A stretch of DNA of 33,048 nucleotides, from positions 1-33,048 of the forward strand of contig JAVVFK010000001.1 of NCBI GenBank assembly GCA_032251015.1, in the 5' to 3' direction. Made by a program: the position numbers and the translations under genes. Positions 17,330 through 25,504 of this stretch are shown here, one piece after another. Below the pieces are notes generated by a model. That model was not told the DNA's origin, ran no database searches, and saw only the letters and a list, made by a program, of their open reading frames with translations. The first letter of the stretch is position 1, and every line of letters begins with the position of its first letter. This stretch comes from Elusimicrobiales bacterium. Lineage in GTDB: Bacteria; Elusimicrobiota; Elusimicrobia; Elusimicrobiales; UBA9959.

Positions 17330-18511
17330 ATGAAGAACGCTCTCAAGACAATAGCCGCCATAGCGATAAGCTTCGCTTTCGCCGTCTCCGTAAAAGCCGC
17401 CTCGCCTTTCGACGGCTCCGGCGCCTTCGAAGCCCCGGCTCTTATCGAAGTTCCGGCCGTGACGGAAGCCGCCCCGGCCGCCGAACCCTCCCTGGCGGGG
17501 ACCGAAGTTCCGGCTCACGGCTACAGCGCCGAACAGCTGCGCTCGATGCGCCGGCACAACGCCGCGGTGGGCGCTTCGGCCAACAAGGGCCTGTCGCTGG
17601 GCGAAGAGCGCGTCGAGCGCAAGTACCGCCCCTACGCCGATTACGAGAAGACCGGCTACCTCATCATGAGCGCCGATTTTAACTTCGACTCCCGGCAGGC
17701 CAAGCTGCTGATGGCCTCCAAACTGCCGGCCGACGCCACCCTGGTCATCTTCACGGACACTTACGGGACCTCCAAAGAAGCCGTCCTGCGCGAGTACGGC
17801 TCCGTCGTCCCCCGCGAGCGCATCAAGGTGGTCGCCCTGCGCGGCGCCTCCCGGGGATTCTGGGCCCGCGACGGCATCCCGGTGCCCGCTATGGACGCCT
17901 CCGATAATCTCGTGGTAGTGGACGCGGTATACGGCCACGGCTTCGAGCCCGACGCCGAAGTGGCCCGCCTCTTCGGCGCGGCCATCGAAAAGCACCGCTA
18001 CTATTTCGAGGGCGGCAATTTCATGGCCAACCACGCCGGCGAGTGCATAATGGTCGACGCGGGAGCCCACCGCCAGATCCCCGATTCCATTTTCGTCGGT
18101 CAGTACGGCTGCCGCCGGATGATACGCCTGCCTTTCATCGACGGCATCGGCCACATCGACGAGCATGTCCGCTTCATAAGCGAGAAGGTAGTGGTCACTG
18201 ACCTGCCTCAGTACAAGGACATACTGGAGGGCAAGGGTCTCACCGTCCATATGATGCCCAAGCCCGCGGGCCCCTACGAGACCTACGTCAATTCGCTGAT
18301 CATGGACGGCAAGGTCATAGTGCCGGTCTTCGGCCGCGGTACGGACGAGCAGGCGCTGTCCGTTTACCGCTCACTCGGCCTGGAGGCCTTCGGCGCGGAT
18401 TCCAGGTCGCTCTCCAACAAGGGCCAGGGGTCGGTGCATTGCATCACGATGACCTATCCCGCCGTGCCCGCCCGCGAGCTGATGAAGGCGCTGGGCGCCA
18501 CGGAACTCTGA
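17330..18511 (+). CDS. Exported agmatine deiminase / Porphyromonas-type peptidyl-arginine deiminase family enzyme
   Basis: 393 aa from ATG 17330 (SD AAAAGGGGAA). Signal peptide MKNALKTIAAIAISFAFAVSVKA. Family motifs FWARDGIP, YFEGGNF, GHIDEHVRF and the C-terminal catalytic GSVHCITM. Confidence 0.8.
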   Translation: MKNALKTIAAIAISFAFAVSVKAASPFDGSGAFEAPALIEVPAVTEAAPAAEPSLAGTEVPAHGYSAEQLRSMRRHNAAVGASANKGLSLGEERVERKYRPYADYEKTGYLIMSADFNFDSRQAKLLMASKLPADATLVIFTDTYGTSKEAVLREYGSVVPRERIKVVALRGASRGFWARDGIPVPAMDASDNLVVVDAVYGHGFEPDAEVARLFGAAIEKHRYYFEGGNFMANHAGECIMVDAGAHRQIPDSIFVGQYGCRRMIRLPFIDGIGHIDEHVRFISEKVVVTDLPQYKDILEGKGLTVHMMPKPAGPYETYVNSLIMDGKVIVPVFGRGTDEQALSVYRSLGLEAFGADSRSLSNKGQGSVHCITMTYPAVPARELMKALGATEL

Positions 18512-18529
18512 TTCCCGGATAAAATAAAG

Positions 18530-18567
18530 AGGCGCGCGGGGCTGACCCCGCGCGCCTTTTCTTTTTC
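18530..18567. terminator. Bidirectional Rho-independent terminator between convergent genes
   Basis: AGGCGCGCGGGG-ctga-CCCCGCGCGCCT, flanked by an A-tract upstream and TTTCTTTTTC downstream. Confidence 0.8.
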
Positions 18568-18580
18568 GGCCGTACCGCTC

Positions 18581-19045
18581 TCAGGCCGACTCTATAACCA
18601 TCGTCTTGGCTATCTTGTCGCCGAGCCTTATGCCCTTGGGGTCGACGAGCACCAGGACGAATTCTATGATCGCTATGACCACGTTCACCAACGGGATGAT
18701 GAAAAGTATCTGGCGCAGCAACGAGTCCACGTAGGTACACCTGGCCTTCGTAGCCAGGTTCATCACGCGGAGTCCCATGACCTTCTTCCCCACGCTCCTG
18801 TTGTCCAGGCCGCCGAAGTCGATGCCGTCCTTAAGGAAGCTGTAGGCCATGGTGACCAGTCCTCCTATGAACCCCAGGTGCACGGCGCGGAAAACGAACC
18901 ATACGAGCATCACCAGGGCCGTGTCTATGAGCGCCGCGAGTATGCGTTTGCCCACCGGTGCCTTGGCGTAGGCAGCGGCGTCGGCCACCGCGGGGGTCTC
19001 CGTCTGCGGTTGGGCGGGTGCGACCGCCGGTTCTGATTCTGTCAT
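18581..19045 (-). CDS. RDD-family membrane protein
   Basis: 154 aa. KRILAALIDTAL ... GIRLGDKIAKTMV pattern with TM segments. SD AAGGAGG upstream. Confidence 0.8.
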   Translation of the reverse strand: MTESEPAVAPAQPQTETPAVADAAAYAKAPVGKRILAALIDTALVMLVWFVFRAVHLGFIGGLVTMAYSFLKDGIDFGGLDNRSVGKKVMGLRVMNLATKARCTYVDSLLRQILFIIPLVNVVIAIIEFVLVLVDPKGIRLGDKIAKTMVIESA

Positions 19046-19114
19046 CGTGCCTCCTTGAATATCTCGGGTCCGTAAGCCATAATATTAAATCTCCGTGTCG
19101 CGCGCAATCCGGGG

Positions 19115-19945
19115 TCAGAACCCCATGAGTCCTTTGAGCCCCTTCTTAACCGCGTCCTTGCCTTTTTCCGAAGCCGCCTCCTTCGCGCGCGAGCCGGCCT
19201 CTTCTTTCACCCTCTTTTTAACCTGCTCCATGATCATTTTCGAGTCGAAGTTCTTCTGGTAGTCTTTCCAGGCGGAATCTTTCATCTTCCTATAGCCTTT
19301 GGGCAGAGCGAACTTTTCCGCCGGTATATCCCCGGTCCCCGCCGACTTGACGGTCATCGAGTGCTCGGCGCCCTTCGAGGCGGCCTCGTAGCCCATCGGC
19401 ACTCCCGGCGCGGCGGCTCCGCCGGAGAAGCCGAGCGCTTTCGCCTGGCCGGAGTAAAAGAGAGAGGCCGGCCTGAGCCGCGGGTCCTCCGATACCCAGG
19501 CCGTGCCCTTGAGCCCTTTCCCGGAGAAGACGTACTCGGCCGAGGGAAAGCCAGCTATCTTCCTGGATTTGGACGTTTTCTTATAGGAATAGCCGGCCGG
19601 TACGGCGCTGTCGGGGACCGCGCTGGAACCGGACTTCATCGCTTTTCGCAGTTCGTCGAAAGTGAATTCGCAGTAGCCATTGCTCGCCGGCATCAGCATC
19701 CAGACCACTTTCTTGTCCAGCCGGGTTATTATCACCGACTTCTGGGTGCTGCGGCCCTTCTTGGCGGGGTGCTGGTAGTTCACCGACATCTCAAGCCGCG
19801 AGTACTCCGGCTCTATATAGTGGACCTGCGAGGTTTTATTGGTCTGGCCTTCGTATTTGGAGACGGTTTCCGTCCTCATGGTGACGCCGGCCATTGCGGG
19901 TGCCGCGGCCAGCAGCGCCGGGAGCAGGAATATGGATATTTTCAT
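19115..19945 (-). CDS. Exported hypothetical protein, DUF4412-like
   Basis: 276 aa. Signal peptide MKISIFLLPALLAAAPAMA. KKTSKSRKIAGFPSAEYVF...GTAWVSED and IPAEKFALPKGYRKM resemble the DUF4412 pattern. Lys-rich C-terminal tail. Confidence 0.55.
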   Translation of the reverse strand: MKISIFLLPALLAAAPAMAGVTMRTETVSKYEGQTNKTSQVHYIEPEYSRLEMSVNYQHPAKKGRSTQKSVIITRLDKKVVWMLMPASNGYCEFTFDELRKAMKSGSSAVPDSAVPAGYSYKKTSKSRKIAGFPSAEYVFSGKGLKGTAWVSEDPRLRPASLFYSGQAKALGFSGGAAAPGVPMGYEAASKGAEHSMTVKSAGTGDIPAEKFALPKGYRKMKDSAWKDYQKNFDSKMIMEQVKKRVKEEAGSRAKEAASEKGKDAVKKGLKGLMGF

Positions 19946-19994
19946 GGAACCCCCTTCCGTATTATTTTACTTAAATCCGCCCGCCCCGGGAATC

Positions 19995-20903
19995 CTAGCC
20001 GAACAGGAAAGACATGCCGATGAAGAAGAAAAGGAAGGCCGTGAGCAGGTAGCCCGAGGGGCGCTTGCGCTCGATTACATGCTCGAAAAGAGCCGCGAAA
20101 AGAGTGCCGGTGATGGCGATGCCGGAAACCGCCGCCAGCGCGTCCGCGCGGCGCACGGCCTGCAGGTAGAACATGAGCGAGAGGTATGTGCCGGCCGCGC
20201 TGCCGGCGGTTATCCAGAACAGGCCGCGCCGGCCCAGCGAGCGCAGGCGTTCGCGGAACCGGAGGGGACGGAAGCGCGAGAGGACGGCGAAGAACAGCAG
20301 CGCGCCGGCCGCGCGGTAGAAATTGCCCTCGGTGGTGTTTATGTCCGGGCAGTTGTCGAAGCCGTAGCGCGTAAGCACTATTCCCGCGCCGTCGAGCGCG
20401 ATGCCCAGCAGGGCGAATAATCCCGCCTTGAGGTTCCAGTGCCCGTCTTTCCTGAAGGATTCCAGCGAGAAGATATAGAGGCAGACGATGAAGAACGCCA
20501 CCGCGTAGGCCTTGCGCGGCTCCAGCGTCTGGCCGAAGGCCAGCCAGCTCAGCGAGCCGACCACGAAGGGCTGCAGGCCGAAGAGCATCATGGTGCGCCC
20601 CGGCCCCATGAGCGAGAAGGCCTTGAGTATGAATATGTCGCCCAGCCCCAGGCCGATGGCGCCCGAGACGACGAACATAGAGAGATAGAAGGGCGGGGCC
20701 TGGTGAAAGCCGCCCTGCCAGAAGACGGTCAGCGCGAAGAGCAGGCCGGCCACGCACGCCTTGAAACAGTTCACCCAGACGCTGGAAACCCTGCGCGAGT
20801 AGTGGGTGAAGAACTGCACGCCTATGGCGAAACTCAGGTTGGCGGCGAGCGCGTAGATGTAGACGGCGTCCATCGGGGGAATATTGTACAAAGTTGCTAT
20901 CAT
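19995..20903 (-). CDS. EamA/DMT-superfamily transporter
   Basis: 302 aa with about ten hydrophobic segments in two EamA-like halves. Confidence 0.8.
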   Translation of the reverse strand: MIATLYNIPPMDAVYIYALAANLSFAIGVQFFTHYSRRVSSVWVNCFKACVAGLLFALTVFWQGGFHQAPPFYLSMFVVSGAIGLGLGDIFILKAFSLMGPGRTMMLFGLQPFVVGSLSWLAFGQTLEPRKAYAVAFFIVCLYIFSLESFRKDGHWNLKAGLFALLGIALDGAGIVLTRYGFDNCPDINTTEGNFYRAAGALLFFAVLSRFRPLRFRERLRSLGRRGLFWITAGSAAGTYLSLMFYLQAVRRADALAAVSGIAITGTLFAALFEHVIERKRPSGYLLTAFLFFFIGMSFLFG

Positions 20904-20926
20904 ATCCCTTGTCCGAAGGAGGCGTC

Positions 20927-21478
20927 ATGAACGAGATTCTCAAGGTCATCAAAAGCCGCCGCAGCATACGCAAATATCTGCCCGACCCGCTTAAAAAAGC
21001 CGAGCTGGAGGCCATCATAGAGGCCGGGCTCTACGCGCCCAGCGCCCACAACGACCAGCCCTGGCATTTCACCGTCATCCGCGACCGGGCGCTGATCGAC
21101 CGCATCAGCGAGGTCTCCAGGAAGGGGATGGCGGAAAGCGGCGTCGACTGGATGGAGAAGATGGCCGCCAACGATAATTTCCACGTTTTCTACGGGGCGC
21201 CGGCCGTCGTGGTGGTATCGATGCGCAAGGACGCAGTGTCGCCGCTGGTGGACTGCTCGGCCGCTATAGAGAACATGCTGCTGGCCGCCGAATCCCTGGA
21301 CATCGGCTCCTGCTGGATAGGCCTGGCCCGGTTCTGGTTCGCCGCCAAGGACGAGGTGAAGCGGCTGAACCTGCCGGAGGGATACGAACCCTGCTACGCC
21401 GCCGCTTTCGGCTACAAAGGACACCGCCCGTCCGCGGCCCTGTCCCGCAAGGAGAACACGGTAGCCTGGATCGACTGA
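20927..21478 (+). CDS. Nitroreductase-family protein
   Basis: 183 aa from ATG 20927 (SD GAAGGAGG). IKSRRSIRKYLPDP ... APSAHNDQPWHF is the classic nitroreductase N-terminus. Confidence 0.85.
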   Translation: MNEILKVIKSRRSIRKYLPDPLKKAELEAIIEAGLYAPSAHNDQPWHFTVIRDRALIDRISEVSRKGMAESGVDWMEKMAANDNFHVFYGAPAVVVVSMRKDAVSPLVDCSAAIENMLLAAESLDIGSCWIGLARFWFAAKDEVKRLNLPEGYEPCYAAAFGYKGHRPSAALSRKENTVAWID

Positions 21479-22395
21479 TGATCAGACTGGGCCTCTGCTG
21501 CAAGTTCAACACCGAACCGATAGCCTTCCGCTCGGCCACCGCGCTTCACCTTATGAAGCTGACCCCGTCCGCCCGGGCGGAGAAGCTCGCGGAGATATGC
21601 CGCGACAACGTTTCCGCCCTGCGCCGCGCGCTGGAATACTGCGCCGCCAACGGCGTGGGCGATTTCAGGATAAACAGCCAGGTTCTCCCGCTCACGACCC
21701 ACCCGCGGGCCGGCTATGAACTGAAAGAACTGCCGGGCGGTCCGTCCATCATAAAGGAATTCAAGGGCTGCGGCGCGCTGGCCAAAAAACTGGGCCTGCG
21801 GCTGACGTTCCATCCCGACCAGTTCATACTGTTGAGTTCGCCATTGGAGAAAGTCACGCGCTCGTCCATGGAGGAACTGGAGTACCAGGCGGAGGTCGCC
21901 GGCTGGACCGGCGCCGACGTCATCAACATACACGGCGGCGGTGCCTACGGCGACAAGCCCGCCGCGCTTAAAAGGATGGCCGGCGTCCTGAAGAAGCTGC
22001 CGTCCTCCGTCCGATCCCGGCTGGCGCTGGAGAACGACGACCGCACATATACGCCCGCCGACCTTCTGCCTTTCTGCTCGGAGAACAGGCTCCCTTTCGT
22101 CTACGACGTCCACCATCACAGGTGCCTGCCCGACGGCATGACCGTAGAAGAGGTCACGCGCCGGGCCGTAAGGACCTGGGGCGGCCGCGAGCCGGTCTTT
22201 CACCTCTCCAGCCCCAAGTACGGCTGGAAGGGCGACCCGCTGCCGCATCACGATTTCATAGACATGAAGGATTTTCCGTCCTGCTGGAAAAAGCTGGACA
22301 TCACTATAGAGGTGGAGGCCAAGGCCAAGGAGGACGCCATAAAGCGCCTGGCCGCCGGCCTCAAAGGAGTTAAGCTGTGGAAATGCCGGACATAG
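21478..22395 (+). CDS. uvsE: UV damage endonuclease (UvdE/UvsE)
   Basis: 305 aa. MIRLGLCCKF ..., HPDQFILLSSP, INIHGGGAYGDK, LENDDRTYT. Start overlaps the nitroreductase stop (TGATG). Confidence 0.88.
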   Translation: MIRLGLCCKFNTEPIAFRSATALHLMKLTPSARAEKLAEICRDNVSALRRALEYCAANGVGDFRINSQVLPLTTHPRAGYELKELPGGPSIIKEFKGCGALAKKLGLRLTFHPDQFILLSSPLEKVTRSSMEELEYQAEVAGWTGADVINIHGGGAYGDKPAALKRMAGVLKKLPSSVRSRLALENDDRTYTPADLLPFCSENRLPFVYDVHHHRCLPDGMTVEEVTRRAVRTWGGREPVFHLSSPKYGWKGDPLPHHDFIDMKDFPSCWKKLDITIEVEAKAKEDAIKRLAAGLKGVKLWKCRT

Positions 22396-22949
22396 AGGCT
22401 CTTTTCGGAAATCCTCCCGGGATGGAAACGCCGCGCCTGCTGCTGCGCCGTTTTACGACGGAGGACGCGCAGGACGTTTTCGACTACGCTTCCGATCCGG
22501 AGGTCGCCAGGACGGTTACTTGGGACCCTCACCGCTCCATCGACGCCTCCAGGGGCTTCATCGACTATACTTTGCGCAGCTACGCCGAGAGGCGCACCAT
22601 AGAACTGGCCGTTGTCCTGAAAGAGACGGGCCGCGTCATAGGCTCATGCGGCTTCGTCAAATGGAGCCCGGGGAACGGACGCGCCGAGATAGGCTACGCT
22701 CTTTCCCGTAAATACTGGGGCCGCGGTCTGATGACCGAGGCTGTCGCCGCGCTCATGGATTACGCTTTCGGCAGTATGAAGGTCCACCGCCTGGAGGCCA
22801 GCTGTATCCACGATAATGCCGGTTCGGAAAAAGTAATGATAAAGAACGGCATGAAATACGAGGGGACGATGCGCGACTTCGTCTTTCAGAAAGGAGCGTA
22901 CAAGACGCTGAAGATGTATTCGATACTGGAGGGGGAATACCGGAAATGA
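22377..22949 (+). CDS. GNAT N-acetyltransferase (RimJ/RimL-like)
   Basis: 190 aa. TPRLLLRRFTTEDAQDVFDYASDPEV ... EIGYALSRKYWGRGLMTEA. GTG start at 22377 with AAGGAG 7 nt upstream (alternative ATG at 22383). Overlaps the uvsE 3' end. Confidence 0.85.
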   Translation: MEMPDIEALFGNPPGMETPRLLLRRFTTEDAQDVFDYASDPEVARTVTWDPHRSIDASRGFIDYTLRSYAERRTIELAVVLKETGRVIGSCGFVKWSPGNGRAEIGYALSRKYWGRGLMTEAVAALMDYAFGSMKVHRLEASCIHDNAGSEKVMIKNGMKYEGTMRDFVFQKGAYKTLKMYSILEGEYRK

Positions 22950-23022
22950 GGACGCCGGCGGCAGCCTCGCGGGAGATCATGGAATTCTTCGGCCGGTTCC
23001 GGCCGGGGGAGAAGGCTGACTC

Positions 23023-23622
23023 ATGGCTAAGAAAATAATCGCTGTAACAGGTTCCTACAGGCGCGGCGGGATCACCGACCAGGCCGTCGCCGAAGCGCTC
23101 GAAGGCGCCCGCGGGGCCGGCGCCGAAACGGAGATTATAAACCTGCTCGACCGCAAAGTGGAATTCTGCAACAACTGCCGCTCCTGCTGCCTGGAGCCCG
23201 GCGAAAAACGGGGCGCCTGCGTCATGGAGGACGACATGGAGTCCATCCTGGCCGCCGTGGACGCCGCCGACGGCCTGGTGCTGGCCGCGCCGGTGAACTG
23301 CTTCAATGTCACGGCCGTTTTCCGCCGCTTCATGGAAAGGATGCTCCCCTACGCCTACTGGCCGTGGGGCCAGACCGCGCCCAAAATGCGGCTGCGCCCG
23401 GTGCGCAAGGCGGTCGTTATAGCATCGGCCGCCATGCCGGCCTTCTTCGGCCGGTTCATGACCGGCGCCATGCGCGCGCTCAAAAGCACGGCCCGTGCCG
23501 CCGGCTTCCGCCCCGCCGGCTCGCTGTTTATCGGTATGGCCTCCATGAAAGAGAAACCGTCCCTGAGCGACGGAGAGAAGAGTACGGCGCGCGCGCTGGG
23601 CCGCCGCCTGGCCGGCCGCTGA
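23023..23622 (+). CDS. NAD(P)H-dependent FMN reductase / flavodoxin-like oxidoreductase
   Basis: 199 aa. KIIAVTGSYRRGGITD ... CNNCRSCC ... ADGLVLAAPVN pattern of the FMN_red family. Confidence 0.75.
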   Translation: MAKKIIAVTGSYRRGGITDQAVAEALEGARGAGAETEIINLLDRKVEFCNNCRSCCLEPGEKRGACVMEDDMESILAAVDAADGLVLAAPVNCFNVTAVFRRFMERMLPYAYWPWGQTAPKMRLRPVRKAVVIASAAMPAFFGRFMTGAMRALKSTARAAGFRPAGSLFIGMASMKEKPSLSDGEKSTARALGRRLAGR

Positions 23623-23654
23623 ACGCTCCCGGGACCAAGGTCCTATTGCGCGCT

Positions 23655-23683
23655 GGGCCCCCGGACACTCCCTCCGGGGGCCC
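23655..23683. repeat. GGGCCC-core palindrome
   Basis: GGGCCCCCGGA-cactccc-TCCGGGGGCCC followed by TTGCGTTG. GGACC-aa-GGTCC sits just upstream (23632-23643). Confidence 0.8.
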
Positions 23684-23712
23684 TTGCGTTGTATCCTATG
23701 AGCGGAGGACTT

Positions 23713-24453
23713 ATGAAAATTCTCGCTCTTCTGACCGCCGCTTTTCTGACGAACGCAGCCGATCTGCGCGCCGGGGCTTTCGACCAGCTGGCCCTGGAGG
23801 CCGCCGGCGAAGAGATCGCCTCCGTCCCCGCTATATCGGAAGATTCGCTGAAAGCCGTCCCCTCCGCGGAGGAGGCCGACGAGTACTCCATGCCCTCCGA
23901 CCCAATGCCTGAAGAGGAATATTTCCGCGTCCGCGCGCCTTTCGCGGAGACCGGGGAGTACTCCAGGTCCGCGGCGGAAGAGCCCGTCGCCATCGCCGGC
24001 AAGTCCAGCATTCCCTACCTGATGCAGGCTACCGCCGAGTCGAACGCGCAGGGCGTGGACCTCGCTCTGATACTGGCCGTTATAAAGAAGGAGTCCACTT
24101 TCAACCCGAACGCCAAAAGCAAGGTCGGCGCCTGCGGTCTCATGCAGCTCATGCCTTCCACCGCCAAGTGGATGGGAATGAAGGATACCTCCAGGATCTT
24201 CGACCCCGCCCTTAATATCAAATACGGGACCAAGTATCTCAAGTACCTGTGGGGAGAGTTCGGCCAGGGCTCGCAGGCCGACCTCAGCGCCGAAACCGTC
24301 GCTCTTAAGAGCACCAGGATGGCTATAGCGGCCTATAATGCCGGCCCCGGCAATGTGAAGAAATACAACGATGTCCCGCCTTTCAGGGAGACCAGGGATT
24401 ATGTGAAGAAGGTTTCGGTCTACTTCCTGGACTTCGAGGCCGCGCTGCGGTAA
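23713..24453 (+). CDS. Exported lytic transglycosylase (SLT domain)
   Basis: 246 aa from ATG 23713 (SD GGAGGA). Signal peptide [15 protein letters not shown] motifs [27 protein letters not shown] and [10 protein letters not shown]. Confidence 0.85.
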   Translation: MKILALLTAAFLTNAADLRAGAFDQLALEAAGEEIASVPAISEDSLKAVPSAEEADEYSMPSDPMPEEEYFRVRAPFAETGEYSRSAAEEPVAIAGKSSIPYLMQATAESNAQGVDLALILAVIKKESTFNPNAKSKVGACGLMQLMPSTAKWMGMKDTSRIFDPALNIKYGTKYLKYLWGEFGQGSQADLSAETVALKSTRMAIAAYNAGPGNVKKYNDVPPFRETRDYVKKVSVYFLDFEAALR

Positions 24454-24472
24454 GGCCCCCGCCGCCCGCGAA

Positions 24473-24505
24473 ACCGCCCGTTCCCACGCGGGCGGTTTTT
24501 TTTAT
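24473..24505 (+). terminator. Rho-independent terminator after the lytic transglycosylase gene
   Basis: ACCGCCCG-ttcccacg-CGGGCGGT followed by T8. Confidence 0.75.
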
Positions 24506-24523
24506 CCCGACTCGCGCCCTGCC

Positions 24524-24551
24524 GGGACCCTTGGTCCCAGGCCCGCCTGGG
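24524..24551. repeat. Overlapping GC palindromes of the GGGCCC/GGTCCC type
   Basis: GGGACC-ctt-GGTCCC (24524-24538) and CCCAGGC-cc-GCCTGGG (24536-24551). Confidence 0.75.
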
Positions 24552-24607
24552 CCCTCCTGCCCTTTTTCTGTCAATGCCCGCGCGCTAAACTATGAGCGGG
24601 AGAACTT

Positions 24608-25402
24608 ATGAAAACCGCGATGATCGTTCTGGCACTGGTCTTCCCCGCCGTTTCGGCCGCGGGGGAAATGGAATCCCTGCGCGCCTCCGACCCCTTCCGG
24701 CTTTTCTTCACTCCCGACGGCGGGGTGGATATAGCCAACCCCGTCGCCGACGCGCCGCGGGTGGACGGCGAACTGGAGGACGAGGTCGAGGGCGACCCGG
24801 ACGCGGAGCAGGTCTACGAGCCGCTGGACCCCGCTTCCCTGAACCCTTCCCGGCATACCTCCGGCATCAAGGCGGTCGACACCCAGTTCACGCAGATCCC
24901 CGAAGACCTCATGGACAAAGCCCTGGCCTATTTTCACTCCAATTCGGGCCGCATAGCCAATAAGGATTTTATGGGGATAATCGATTTTTCCCAGCATTCC
25001 AGCAGGACCCGCTTCTACATAGTGGACATGCGCGACGGTTCGGTCCGCGCCATCCGCGTCGCCCACGGCAAAGGTTCCGACCCCGACCACGACGGATTCG
25101 CTACGGCGTTCAGCAACACCCCAAATTCCAACGCGTCGTCGCTGGGCTTCTACCTCACCGGCGAGACCTATATCGGAAAGCACGGCAAGTCGATGCGGCT
25201 GCACGGTCTCTCCTCCTCCAATTCCAACGCGCTCTCGCGCGCCATCGTCATCCACGAGGCTTCCTATGTCCGGGAGGCCAACGTTAAGCAGGGCCGTTCT
25301 TTCGGCTGCCCCGCCGTGGCCGCCAGCGAAATAGCCAATGTCATATCCTCCCTCAAGGGCGGCGCTCTGATCTACGGCGGCCTGGCAAACAGTTCGTTCT
25401 GA
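24608..25402 (+). CDS. Exported L,D-transpeptidase-like protein (YkuD_2 family), paralogue 1
   Basis: 264 aa with a signal peptide. IIDFSQHSSRTRFYIVDM ... HGKGSDPDHDGFATAFSNTPNSNASSLGFYLTGETYIGKHGKSMRLHGL ... GRSFGCPAV (catalytic Cys motif). Confidence 0.75.
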   Translation: MKTAMIVLALVFPAVSAAGEMESLRASDPFRLFFTPDGGVDIANPVADAPRVDGELEDEVEGDPDAEQVYEPLDPASLNPSRHTSGIKAVDTQFTQIPEDLMDKALAYFHSNSGRIANKDFMGIIDFSQHSSRTRFYIVDMRDGSVRAIRVAHGKGSDPDHDGFATAFSNTPNSNASSLGFYLTGETYIGKHGKSMRLHGLSSSNSNALSRAIVIHEASYVREANVKQGRSFGCPAVAASEIANVISSLKGGALIYGGLANSSF

Positions 25403-25430
25403 TATTTCTCTTTCATCCAAGAGGACCATA

Positions 25431-25452
25431 GGGCCCAGCGCGGGCTGGGCCC
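25431..25452. repeat. GGGCCC-core palindrome
   Basis: GGGCCCAGC-gcgg-GCTGGGCCC followed by TTGTTCTC. Confidence 0.8.
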
Positions 25453-25504
25453 TTGTTCTCTGTCATGGCGGTCCCGCGCGAGGCATACTATGTGAGGAGG
25501 AGAT

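Noticed and set aside
9701-18528. Possible ssrA-targeted genomic island. The tmRNA 3' segment GATTCCCGG...ATAAAAT recurs at 18510-18527 (GATTCCCGGATAAAAT), which would bracket the DUF1540-to-PAD block including the copper pump.
   Set aside because: The match is only a 9-mer plus an A-tract, with 7 nt missing in between. The same 9-mer also occurs on the opposite strand near 19981-19989. There is no integrase or recombinase, and I see no compositional shift. The A-tract is explained by the adjacent bidirectional terminators.
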